Shown: positions 26,901 to 39,027 of the stretch, piece by piece
Layout of the letters: the number at the start of each line of letters is the position of its first letter
Position numbering within the stretch: position 1 is the stretch's first letter
Assembly: GCA_030704615.1 (NCBI GenBank)
Contig: CM060733.1
Coordinates: 56,172,001 to 56,236,000, forward strand
Length of the DNA stretch: 64,000 nt
Direction: 5' to 3'
DNA from: Takakia lepidozioides
Taxonomy: Eukaryota > Plantae > Bryophyta
The notes under the pieces: model-generated
Database searches by the model: none
Seen by the model: the letters and a program-made list of their open reading frames with translations, nothing else
What the model was told of the DNA's origin: nothing
Translations under genes and position numbers: made by a program

Positions 26901-28043
26901 GAACATGAAGACTGATCTTGCCAAGCAAGTGTAACTTATGAGGCCATTTCATCCCCAGAGGAACACCATGTTGAACTTTGAATCCATCACATTTCTTGGA
27001 TATTGTTCGCTGAACAATCGCAGCGTATTGTGCGAGAACACGACGTCACATATTGGATTCTTTGATGGTTGTCTCTGAGCCTTAGAACTTTGAGGCATAG
27101 AGGCCACCTCTCATCTTCTTACATTCTTGGGATGTTCGCAGGTAGTTTTTTTGAAAGGGCGTTCTAGGACAGTGGATAAAATCAGACACCTCCACCATAA
27201 CCACTGACTCATGAAAGACCACCATAGGGAGTTCACAAACCAAACACATTTCCATTCATCGCTAGAGAAATTCAAAGCATACCACTTTATTGTGAAAAGG
27301 ACCACCAAATTGAACTTTGAATCCATCATCCTACACCAAGATAAAGAAACTTTCATATTGTGTACACATCAAAGTCACGGAGGAGGATAAAATAGATGTA
27401 GATGCCCGCCCATTAACAAACGCCCAGTTCCATCCAGTAATCAGATTGTACTCTTTATGTGACTGTTTGAAGCCCCAAGCATGAAAAATTGGACCGGGTC
27501 TCATTTACGAGGGTGGGCTGCCACCCAAAACTAGCTTTGTGTACAACGTTATATACAACTTTGTATTTGCTAGCGTTGCTTAGCAAATACACATCGACGA
27601 ACTCTATAATGATAGATAGACTAAAAAAAGACCACCATAGGAAGTCCACAAACCATGCAAATATCACTGGAGGAATTCAGAGCTCAGAGCAACATACAGC
27701 TTTATTTTCACGAAGGTCTTCTTAGGTGCCTCTTGTGTAGTGGTGTGTCTTAAACATATGTACATCTTTTTTCTCCTACCTGCTTCTTGCATACATGTTG
27801 GATGCTTAGTTGACATGAATATATGAAGAGGTACATCTATTGACATCTGTGCTTTGAAAAACCGTTAGTCGATTTGTTATGGAGGCTTCTGTAAGGTGCC
27901 GATGTAGGGTGCTATCCCATTTTGGTTACCGTCGAACCATTTCAAAATAACTCAAGTTCTTGATCTGTTTTGATTTTATATTCCATGCCCAACGTCTCTT
28001 TTTCCGTCCCTGAATCATCACTACCTGCCCCATGCGTAATATC
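23989..28043. repeat. Mosaic direct-repeat array
   Basis: 23989-24345 matches 26685-27014 and 24854-25911 matches 27015-28043. Older internal copies: about 24335-24560 vs 26090-26335, and about 25180-25390 vs 26296-26507. Confidence 0.92.
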
Positions 28044-28961
28044 GAGGCTTGTCCTCCATATAGCATGTGTGGAATGGCATTGCAAAAATAGCGGAACAAT
28101 ATGTGCATGGCTGGCTGTATAAAATTCCGATTTCCTCCCGAGTTCCGTCTCTTGGATGTTGTTTGCAAGTGGACCCATCGATGCAGGACGAAATGGGCAT
28201 GTGTGGCGGAATTTTTTGTGCAACGAACCAGTGGACCTTCCAAGTGTTACCATGACAGTACGGGGATTTAGAGACCCAGCCGGGGGACCATTGAAATGGT
28301 GAAACGGGTGGGGACACACTGCAGACAGAGGGCTGACCAGATGGGCAGAGCAGGAGAAGAGAAGAGTGCACCATGCCAGTCCAGACGAGAAGACCGAACC
28401 AACAGACCAGCCTGGAGAACTCTGGTAAGACCTCGACGGCAGACCGAGTGCAGACAATCTTTGCCTCACGAATGCGACAGACCAGTGCCACAGACCCTTT
28501 TGGCAGACCCTTTTGGCCGACCCTTTTGGTGGAGACTTAGGGCAGACCACGGAAGTCCTTGGCGGTGGCCATTATTGTGTCTTCGGGACGTTTGATGTTT
28601 CGACGACAGTCCAATGGCCGACGTGCATGGCCTCGGCGGTCGCACGCGTGCTCCTGTCACGCTTAGCAGTGAGCCGTTACTTTGGGGTCCTCGCCTCTTC
28701 CTCCTCTTGCGTCTTTCGCATCTCTCCACTTTGGGACTGCACGGTGTGTTGCGCTTCGCTGTTTCTGCCTCTTCGACTCGACGATTCGTTTGTAGCGCCC
28801 GCCCGCTCTTCAAAGGCCGCGTGCCCGTCGTTGCCGAAGTGCAAAGGTATCAACTTCACCAGACTTCTTCACCGCCATACCTTCATTTCCTTTTTTGCTT
28901 GCTCTTCTTCATTTGCATTTAGCAGACCGTCTCTGACACAATTCCTCCTTAGGTTGTAGCC

Positions 28962-31915
28962 ATGGAAGAAGCTTGCCCAAAGGGCGGAGCCGATTGGGTG
29001 GAATATGTGCATGCCCCTCGCCACAAAGCCAAGAGAAGGTACTGGTATGAGCCAAGTGAGTACGATGCTAAAATAGTAGAAGCATTTTTGGACTTGTGCG
29101 TAGCGAAGGAGAAAGAGAACTGGCCAAAGGATCGGTTTCAGTGCCCCTTTTGCCCCGATATTATGGACAAAGAGACTCTAAACCGCCATGCCCTTGATGG
29201 AGGATGCAAAGGTATGGTCCCTGAGAACTTCAAGCCTTGTCCCAAGCCAAGTTCGTCTAAGGCCGCAAAAGAAATCACTGCAAAGTGTAGGGGTGCGCAT
29301 GCCGTCGCTCGGTCTGCTGAGGAAGTGCGGCAGCGTTATTATACTGAAGCCGACCTGCTGGGCCTCGGCCTCGTTGTGCCAGTGAAGAAAAGGAAGCTCC
29401 GTGATGGAGCTAAAAAAAATGTAGACCGCAAAAGTCACAGATCTGGCAGTACCAGTACTGGCAGACCACGGGATATGAGAGTGAGTAGCAAAGAATTGCA
29501 ACCGGGTCAGTCCCAGCAGACCAACACCAGCAGACCACAGGCTGCCGTTTCAACTTTGTCGTCCAGTGGGGATGACTCAAGTGAGGAAGACTCTCATGAA
29601 GAGGAGGATCATGTTCAGGACATGTCGACGAAGCGGCCGGGACTACTTGTGAGACCGTACTTGGTGAACGACCCCATTGGGTACGCCCCGCCGGTACATG
29701 ACATAACCCTTGACTCGGACATCCCCATGGAGGAATCACACCCTCAAACAGACCCACAACGCCCACCACATATCAGACCCAACAAGCACACCAAGAAACA
29801 GCAGACCCTGACTGACGCTCATGGAGATGTAACGGGCACCCCTGTCCGCCCTAGCACATTGTACCTGCTTCCCCACGGTCTTCTGCCAGACCAGTACCCT
29901 GATGAATCAGATCCGGATTTTTTCCCCTTTTTGTATGCTTATGTGAGATCAGGGCAGATACAGCAGACCGTTGACACAGTCGAGAAGAAGTGGGTGGAGG
30001 CACGATCACACCCAAGGGATGAAGACTACAACGGCCTCCAGGTACTTGAACCACTCTTTCTGCCGTCTACCGTATTTGAGTATTTCGATATCCTGGTTGC
30101 AATTAGTGATATGTTATGCTGGGTGTTGTATGTGTGCCCGCTGCTGTCGGTCTACTGTTCTGGGTTTGCTATTCTGTACATGGTACTGCATTACTTGTTC
30201 TGGCTGTGGTCTGCTCTATAGGTCCAGAACCGTGCGACTACTTTCCCCTGTTGCAAATCTTAGTGTTATTATTATTATTATATATGTGGTCTGCTGCGAA
30301 CCGTCTACTGTTTTGGGTTTGCTTTGCTTTGAAAGGCGCACTACTGCCGTGGCTGTGGTCTGCTGCATGGGTCCACGGCTATGGTCTACTACTATGCTCT
30401 ACTGGTCTACTGTAATGTCCTACTGGTGTATAGTCTACTGGTCTGCTGTCAGGCCCAATCTTGACTGGTCTACTGGTCTATGGTCTACTGGTCTAATGTG
30501 AAGGCCAATATTGCTGTTTGTTTTCAGGAGGTGAATGCGCAAGACAACCGAGTGTACAGGGCTTTGCAAATCTGGAAGTACAGGTTGAATGGTCCTCCCT
30601 TGGAAAATACACTTGTCCGGAATGAGGTCCGTGACATTCGTGACTACATCCTGAGTTTGTATCCACAGTCGGCTGATGCCATTGCATCAATTCAGGATGG
30701 TACCACTGGCCGCGCAGCAGGCCTCCCTCCGTCTGCTGTAAAGGCTTTTGAGAGCGCCGGTTAGACTAGGGGACCCGGCTCAGTGGACCTTTCTTCCGTG
30801 ACCCGTCCTCCAGCGGACCTTCGTACCTCTTCAGCAGACCCTCAGTAGACCACATTGCGTGGTCGAACTGTTTTCCCATTTGGCAGACCATGGCGACCTC
30901 CACAGCGGTCTGCAACTGATGAGGAGGACCCCACTCTTCCGAAGTTTCGTTGTGGGGAAAGCAATCGGCATCTGGACTGGTACAATGAACTTCACCGCAT
31001 CGTCGCCTCCCGGTGGACCTTTGCTCTACAGCACTCATCAATGGAGTTCACGGCGGAGGAGGCCACCCGTGTTTTGGACAAAGCCCGTGAGTATGGAGTG
31101 GCGCTTCTGGCAGAGGAGACCGAGCCACCACTTATCGCGCAGCTCTTTCTCATGCACGACCCACGCCCACTGGAGATAAGACACATGGCCATCACCCACC
31201 CAATATTTGGTGTTTGTCCGAAGCACTTAGCGAGCTTGACAGAGACTGCTTTTGAGGAGATGGCAGATTGTTTCCTCCGCCGTCAATGGATGCAATTTGG
31301 CAATTTCAGGTTTTACACCAAATTAAAATAAAACGTTCACAACCTGCGGATGGACCTGCTGCACGGAAGCGAAGAGGCTCGGGAAAGTATCACGCAAGAC
31401 GCCATGATGTGCTTTGTGACTGTGCAGGAGCGTGCGGTTTTCGACATTGCATTCAACAAACGACATGCTTTCCAAGTGTTCTGGAGCGGGTTTCTAGCAG
31501 AGGACCGTGTTGCAGCTCTGGGAGAGCTTGATGAGGCCTTCATGGATCGGCTTATGAAAGATATTGGGCTGTGGACCACAGTCCTAGATCATGGTATGTC
31601 ATCAGATCTAACAGACCTTGTTAACAGACCTTTTATACCGACCTTTTAAACAGACCTTTTACACAGACCTTTTGAACAGACCTTTTAAACAGACCTTTTA
31701 AACAGACCTTGACGTTGACCACGAACGAAGACCTTCTAGCAGACTTTATGAACCATGACAACCAACAGAGCCCCATATGAATCAAACCCCCATGAATTCT
31801 TCCGTTTGTTAGCAGACCAGGGATGAGTGGTTTCTTTTTGACGTGTTTGTGACATGTTGCAGAGTATGATCCAGAGGACGAGCTTGGAGTTCTGCAAGCA
31901 TGTAAGACAGCCTAA
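28962..31915 (+). pseudogene. Three-exon gene for an unknown nuclear protein with C2HC Zn finger; three premature stops
   Basis: Exons 28962-30041, 30528-31593 and 31863-31915 are phase-compatible with GT-AG ends. CPFC-x11-H-x5-C and KKRK NLS present. ORFs 30480, 30855 and 31350 share one frame, broken only by TAG, TAG and TAA. Confidence 0.75.
31609..31712. repeat. 13-bp minisatellite x8 (consensus AAACAGACCTTTT) in intron 2 of the cargo gene
   Basis: Eight consecutive 13-bp units read directly. Confidence 0.92.
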
Positions 31916-31933
31916 ACCCTATCTACATATTAT

Positions 31934-32002
31934 GCATGTACATGTCCGGCAAGCACAAGCACAGGGCATGTACATGTCCGGCAAGCACAAGCACAGGGCA
32001 TG
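31934..32002. repeat. 32-bp perfect tandem duplication
   Basis: GCATGTACATGTCCGGCAAGCACAAGCACAGG twice, followed by GCATG. Confidence 0.92.
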
Positions 32003-34510
32003 AACAAAGAGGCAGTGCGGGAATATGGTGCAGACATGACAGAGGTTAGATATGTGTTAGCTCTTGGAGCTCTTCGCGGTCCGGGCTTCGCGTTAACATG
32101 CACATTTATGTAAAATTAGGTGAAACACCCGTCTCTACTCTTTTCTCCAAGTACAAAGTCGGGCACTCTCTGCCACGGAATACAGTCCGTGCGGACCCGC
32201 ACTTGAGAGCCCATGTATCTAGAGCGACTCTCATTCTTCCAGTAAAGGTCTTTGCAGGAAAATGACCCATCTTTTGGTGTTTGAAGACATTGTCGCAGTG
32301 GACGTATAAGAAAGCTTTCTGGTTGGGCATCGACGGCCGCTGCCATATACACTGCAGTACCCCTTCGCGTACTCGAAAACACTTGCAATACGACCTGGAA
32401 AAGTGGAAGCGAAGGACGACAACACGCACGTTCTTGGCAGGACGGAAGCACGTTGGCAGGAACAGACCAAAGGGAGGAAAAGATCGATGAAACAGTCTTC
32501 GCCCACGATTGGCGACGGCTGCCATGCCCTAAATCCGGACGGCTACGATAGCAGCGCAGCATCACTGTGAGATGGGCGGCACATCATCCGGGGTGCGTTT
32601 GGGTCTGCTGGCTGTTTGGTGGCAGACCGCGCAGACCGAGCTTGGGCAGACCCCAGCAAGGGTAGACCCACTGGGGACCCGATGGCGGGCGGACCCAGCA
32701 GCGAGGGCGGGCGGGCGGGGGCCGTGGTCCGGGGGCGGGTTGGGCGGCGTATGGGCAGGGCCACGGGCGGCTGGCAGGTGGGGGTGGGCGAGGCGGGGGA
32801 GGGCGACCCCGCGTCCGTGCGGTCGTGCGCGCCCTGTCCCACTCGCGCGACATAAACTCCCAATTATTCAAAAATGAGAGGCGTAAATATTCAGTAGTGA
32901 CAGTTCCTTTGCCATGCCCGCGAATTTTCGGTAGCCACGTCATAATGACGCTGGCTCCCTGGTCCCCCATCTGCGCACCTCCCCAAGCTCCACACGTCTG
33001 GCCACATATGTGGGCCGCCGATTCCATGCCATGGAGGCTGTTTGGTTTTGGCTCGCCACTCCTATGGGCCCGCCTTTCCCTGCCCTGCCCCTATTTTTCC
33101 CAAAAATATGTATGTTCCCAAAAAAATATATTTCTCATATTTTAAGAAAACATATTAAAAACGGAAACACCATAGAGCGGCCAAACCCCACTAGGACAAA
33201 GAGATGTACTGAAGTACTGGAGTTACATAGCAACAGTATTCATGGTGCATACAGCTTGAGATAGTGTGGGGGGATAAACAGTCAAAAGAAAAGTTCTGGG
33301 GCGTATTGGGGAGTTACGTGAATGACAACATCTGCTTCTGCTCCTCCCATACAGCGATCTCTACAGAAAGGCTGAAACTACTGATTGGGCTGAACCCTCT
33401 CAGCTTCGAGCTGCTGGACAGGCAAGCTTCCGCCACAAACGATCCACTCTTGACCACATTTTCACTCTACAAACTATGACTGCAACAGATGCATCAGACT
33501 GAAGCTCATAGAAATAAGGCGAATCTGGAACCCAATCATTCGATAGTAAAATCTTGCAGCCCAAGTACCTGTCTGCAGCTCTCTCTCCCTCTCTTCTAAG
33601 GACAACCTGCAGCGTGAGGATCGCCAGTGCCGCTTGCGCTAGAGACAACAGTTGGGAAATTGGAAGTGAAGAACATTTCTTTTTTCGCTACTACGAGACA
33701 CGTGGGACTCGGTAGACACACACTGTCTAGCCTATTCCGAAATAGCCAATCTCTAGAGAGGTTCTCTGAGGATCAGAAATGCTTAGCAGCATATCTGCAA
33801 GAGGCATGCACTCTTGAAGATTGCAGAATCCTTAATAGTTTGGGAATGCTTGTTGGGGGGGGGGGGGGGCTCTCTCTTTCTTGGTTCATGCTTTCTCATC
33901 CCATAGGCTCTTTGATCTTCCCATGGCATTATCAAGTATCATTTTATTTGTCTCATTTTGCTGATGTTGATTTTTTCGCCATTCATGATTCATTCATTTG
34001 GGGAATTGAAGTTTCCTCTATGCACTTGAGTCGTAATAGGAGATTGATTAGAAGTGCCACTGTTCTATTTGTATGCTTTCGCATTGAGAGAACATCAACA
34101 GTGCAGCAACAGTACCGTGGGGTTGGAATAGAGGCAAGAAAAACCAAAGCATACTATCTCCATTTGCAATGGTGATAGTACACTTAGAAAGAAAGTGGGT
34201 AGTGCCGCACAGACATTTCGAAGGTCAGCACCATTGAAACCCTGTTGAACACAATGAGCAATAATTGTACTGGATCAAGAGAAGCTCACTTCATCAGCAA
34301 GCACCATCACACTTCTACCCAGAAGTATACTTAGAAAGAAAGTGGGTAGTGGTTAGGCAACACCCATCCAGACATGAAAAGCTATTTAAGCAGCTTACTT
34401 CACTTTAGTCATATGTTGGAGGAAAACCACCAGAACCACCAAAACTGTTTCTGAAACCCCTCTCAAGAGGTCTAATTGAACATACACTCAGCAGCCTGGC
34501 TGTGAGGTTA

Positions 34511-34663
<153 letters not shown>

Positions 34664-34837
34664 TCAAACCAACAATCTAGGGCCACCCTCTCCCGGTTGC
34701 AACAACCAGGATGGTAAAGCAAATTCTGCATAAATCTCTCCCTCATGTTCTTAATATCTTACTGTCCCATAAGCTAAATGGACTTCTCATGGATGTAATT
34801 TGTTCCTTGTTTCTCTCTACGTCTCTCTACTTGTTAC

Positions 34838-34903
34838 CAATCTGCCCAAACTGGGCGTCTATGGCCACGAGGCTACGGCAAACAACGTCTCATTAGTACA
34901 TCT
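34838..34903 (+). mobile_element. Short LINE 3'-end fragment
   Basis: CTGCCCAAACTGGGCGTCTATGGCCACGAGGCTACGGCAAACAACGTCTCATTAGTACAT matches the family 3' end. Confidence 0.8.
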
Positions 34904-35457
34904 CATGTACTGAAGAGTGCCATTTGCATGTTTTGAACATCCCATTTGGCTTTGTAAACATCCAGTCCTACACATGAAACACATCCTCCCATGTCTGTCC
35001 ATCCTGCTGTGTTTCACTGTCGGGGATCAGTTCATCACAAATTAAGTCTTAAGGGAAACCTGCAGGCTCAAAGGTGGTCTGCCTACTGCCTGCCTCTGTC
35101 AGTCTCTTGCTCGCTTTAGCGGTAACCCACTGGAAATGAACCTGAAGCAGGAATAAAAGCAGGCAGAGCCAGGTCTCAGGGCACCTTTCCAAGTTGGTCG
35201 AAGCCATCTAGCTGATTCAAGAGCTCCATCAGTGTATGCTGGATCTCCCGATCCGCACTAGTGCCCTCGCTGAATCGCCGGCCACCAATTGCATCAATCT
35301 CATCCATGAAGATAATGCATGGCTACACAGGAACCTCGACATAAACTTCGTCTAGTGTAACTACTCCCAAACCTTCAACTCAATAATATTTAAGCTAAGC
35401 CAAAATAAAGTTATGCATGGAAAAATTACAAAAAGTACAACCACTTCAAGGAATATG

Positions 35458-36480
35458 AGAGAGAATGTACTCATAAGACGTTTGCCGTAGCCTTGTGGCC
35501 ACTGACCCCGTGTCCAGTTCTAGCGGAACACAAAAAAGACAGAACCTACCTTTGTCAGGGGCTGACGCCGGTAGTAAGACTTACCTTGGGATAACAATTG
35601 ATCCAGGTTTTCCAGATATCCTCTAGAAATCCCTTTACACAAGCATCAATCTGCTGTGTGTGGTTTGCCCAATAACTAGGCCCCAAAAGGGCCTGGGCTT
35701 TTGGCTCAGCCTCGACACTTTCAAAGTTGGTAAACAGAGGTACAGGCACAATTCCCTTGATAGATTTGAAGAGAGCGTCTCTCTGGTGAGAGAACCACGG
35801 ACAATGAATCAGAAATGAATATTGTCTTCAGGTTGCCCACACAACGGGCAATTGCACTCTCCCTTTCCTCTCTGCTTCTGTTGCTGTTCAGAGGTAGGCT
35901 TTCTGCCCTGAGTTTAAATTTCTGTCTAGTGCCGAGAGTGGGTAGACCCTTGAGGTCATCCATGATGTCCTCCCCCATGTCACAGACTGGAAACAAGTTC
36001 AGGGAAGTTTTCTGCCTAACTTCATTTTCATCAGACAATTTCCTGGCAACAGACATGGCTTTGGACACTACAGCCTCTAAGTCAGATTTATCCAGCAGGG
36101 TTAAGACTTGCAGGCTAAGTTTCAGATCCTTAGAATCTCTTCTACTCTCTTCCGCCAGGTCTTAGCCTGTTTGACAGGGCAATCCTGCTTCCAAGATAGG
36201 GTCGATTAACTTCGGATATCTGATGTTGGACACATGTTGCAGTTGACCCCACCATCTGACCTTGAATTCATCTCGTTGGGAGCTTAAGGAAGGGATGTGG
36301 AACTCTCCCCGAACAGCCACATTGGCTGTTTTGGAGCATGCTGACATGCACTCCTTAAGCACCCCGACTTGAATGGATTCTAGAGACTTAGCGTGGTTGG
36401 AGGTATCAACCCATATTGCAGATGCATACTCCAAGGCCGGTCTAATAATGCGACAAAGCATGGTTTTTTTGACCTCAGAG
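35458..36480 (-). mobile_element. Longest LINE copy (about 1 kb): RT thumb region, Zn knuckle and 3' end; RTE-X-like
   Basis: IIRPALEYASAIW..LESIQ..T.N.AVRGE..SL is typical of the post-RT region of non-L1 LINEs. It is followed by CPLCGQPEDNIHF and the 3' end with a CT tail. Confidence 0.85.
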
Positions 36481-36506
36481 TTGATCCCTCTGCAGTGGAG
36501 AAAAGA

Positions 36507-36549
36507 ATGTACTCATAAGACGTTGTTTGCCGTAGCCTTGTGGCCAACC
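36507..36549 (-). mobile_element. 43-bp LINE 3'-terminus insertion with perfect 17-bp TSD
   Basis: CTGCAGTGGAGAAAAGA at 36490-36506 and 36550-36566 flanks ATGTACTCATAAGACGTTGTTTGCCGTAGCCTTGTGGCCAACC. Confidence 0.88.
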
Positions 36550-39027
36550 CTGCAGTGGAGAAAAGAGAGAGAGAGAGAGAGAGAGCACACTTGATGATCA
36601 CGGGCATATCCAAACATCTCCCGTATTAGCCTTGCACTCTCACCAATGTATTTATCCACAATTGCACTTGAAACGACCTGCACAAGGAAGACATATGTTG
36701 GATGTCAGCCTTCTGAAACTTTGTACCTTTGAATCGCATTATGCATCTAGGAACATGATACGCTGCTATGATGAGATGAAAATCTCAATTATCATAATGG
36801 AACATTCAAACACAAGAACCCTAACCCTCGCATCCCCTTCTGCAGTTTTTTACAGCAATTCGACTCACCCTCCTGCATAGGGTAGTCACTTCCCAGCCAA
36901 CCATTACCAAAGTGCAAAATGGAGCAATTGAAATGCACTCAGACGAATCCACGAAATTTTACACAAGTCAACATGCATTCAAGACTGTGAGACCAGTCCT
37001 GGCAACATCATACCTTGAGAAAATTGGCATCAATGTTGCTAACAATAGCTCGTGCTAGTAGTGTCTTTCCTGTTCTCCATAGAGCAATACACCCTGGAGT
37101 AGATCATGCACACAGCTGTATCACCCTAATTTAGAGCACAAATCACAAGAAGGCATCTAACCTGATCCATGTTCAGGCTTACCAAAAGTTGCCAACACTG
37201 ACCTCAACCAATGACAAGAATATATCTCCTACTCTGCTAGAAAGTTTTCCCTTTATATGTACAGCAGTTAGCAAAACAGAGCATTTGTGAGAGGATCAAT
37301 TACCTTGGGTGGCTTGATGCCAACACGAAGGAAGAGTTCAGGATTCATAAGAGGCAGTTCGATGGACTCTCGAAGCTCCCTAATCTGTTCACTTAGCCCT
37401 TCAACAGCAGAGTAACTCACATTCCCTGGGTCCTCATGTAGCATGTTGTACACGACTGGATCTACCTGACCAGACAAATGACACCCTCATCAAACTAACG
37501 AACGAGTCACACATTCTCAAATACCCTAGAAGAAAGTAGTTCTGGAACTTCCATCTCACCCTACTGGTGTCACTTTCGCTGTTGTCCTTTGTGGATAAAA
37601 CATCACGTTTCACCATGCAGGCAGAGTGCATAATTTCCAGAGACCACAACAAAATTCCTTGACACTCCATGCCATTCCAATAAGGCAATATCCCCGTTGA
37701 TTGCTGCACATGAAAGGGAACTCTTTACAGAACGCTCATCAAAAGAAAGCAAGTGAAATAAAACAAGCACTGATATGACTTAAATCTGCCAAAAGTTCAT
37801 CCTCCGCCAATTCCCACAGGTCCTCAAATCATAAAAAGAGTAAGACTTATAGAGGACTTGTGCTGTTTTCAAGGGTAACTTTAGATGGCAACCAAATCAA
37901 GTCCAGGTTCCTATTACAGCCAGCAACCGCTGTAGGGTTCATAGTCTAGGACATTACACATAACATGTACCTGCTAATACCAAAATATCAGGGGATGAGA
38001 ATTCACCTCTCTTGGTAATGCACGCATGATGGTCAGTGTGGTCATGTCCAATGCAACCCTCGTACCTGCAACCAACTTCTCCTTGTCCACCTTATTGCGG
38101 CACCCTACAACATAGGGGGGGCCACTGCTTGCCTTCACAATCACTGGCCCCCATTATGCAACCAGCTTAAGAGGATTATCCTGCATCTTGGATCACAATG
38201 TACAAAACTCTGCAAATGAGAAGGGCGAAAGAGGGGAAGCTCACAGTGCTCGCTATCAAGTTGCCTCAGTACTTCCCCGATGATCTGTCCCACACTCTGG
38301 AGAGCCTTCAAGTCGTCTTCTGTTCTGTCAAACTTCTTCTTTGCTAGCTTCACATTTTCCCGCTCTGAGACACAATGCTTGTCAGCGGCTGACCAAGAAT
38401 ATCCTTAATCTCTCTCTCTCTCTCTCTCTTTCTGTGGGTGCTCTCACTCTATCCTTGTATATGGTTAACTCCACTCTCTCTCTTTGCTTGCTTCTCTCTC
38501 TTTGATTATAAGTGAAGAAGTAAGGAAACTTTCTCTACCTCAAACCTTCTCCTTAGACATGTGAACTCTCTCTAAGCTTAGGCACAATTGATCATCTAAT
38601 ATATTCTGGTAATAGTACTGGTAGCCAGTGATTTGAAGCAAATATTACGAAATTTCTATGATGTGATTTCAGTAGTAGTATGGTGGCCAGCCCTGTTCTG
38701 ATATGGATGGTGATGAGACAATCTATCTTGTTAGTTCCTGAACTTTCTCATGAACCATCATAGGAGTTTGTTCAAAGAGAAACTATGCATGGAGGTTTTC
38801 ATTTTTGGTAAAAAGCTGAATGCTATGCTATGACTTGACTTGATCTTAGACCACCTAATAGTTCAAATCTGACTGTTCTGGTGTTGTGGTTTAAGGAATC
38901 TACGTTGAAAGGCTTGAACATGGTTCAGATCTATAATGTCTTTATTTTTGGGAACTAGATCTGAATGATCTAGAACCTAACTAGTCTTGACATGCCCAAC
39001 ATACACGTTCTCTGTTTACTTTCCTAT

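Larger units (their letters stand above)
23770..33194 (+). mobile_element. 9.4-kb putative non-autonomous mobile element (rolling-circle Helitron/Replitron-like?)
   Basis: Imperfect direct repeats ACACCTAAAGGCCAACCACAGCTAG (23770-23794) and ACACCATAGAGCGGCCAAACCCCACTAG (33167-33194). GC-rich subtermini, internal repeat mosaic and a decayed cargo gene. No TIR, LTR, TSD or transposase found. Confidence 0.55.

Noticed and set aside
25305-27846. Duplicated 60-112 aa ORFs in the repeat array
   Set aside because: Identical only because of the recent DNA duplication; no protein motifs.
23989-28043. CRISPR-like repeat-spacer array or LTR pair
   Set aside because: No constant short repeat with unique spacers. 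The long repeats have no TG..CA ends, PBS/PPT or gag-pol between them.
29971-30501. Hydrophobic membrane-like ORFs and the hydrophobic tail of the 419-aa ORF
   Set aside because: Read-through into the repetitive intron after the GT donor at 30042.
28962-32525. RepHel, Rep, DDE transposase or tyrosine recombinase in the element
   Set aside because: No HUH/Tyr, Walker A helicase, DDE or R-H-R-Y motif pattern recognisable in the ORFs.
32543-33145. Overlapping Pro/Gly/Arg-rich ORFs
   Set aside because: Expected from extreme GC content; low complexity.
36507-36549. Hammerhead ribozyme in the LINE 3' end (CT.ATGAG)
   Set aside because: No copy has the required CUGAUGA core, and the GAAA element and stems are not evident.
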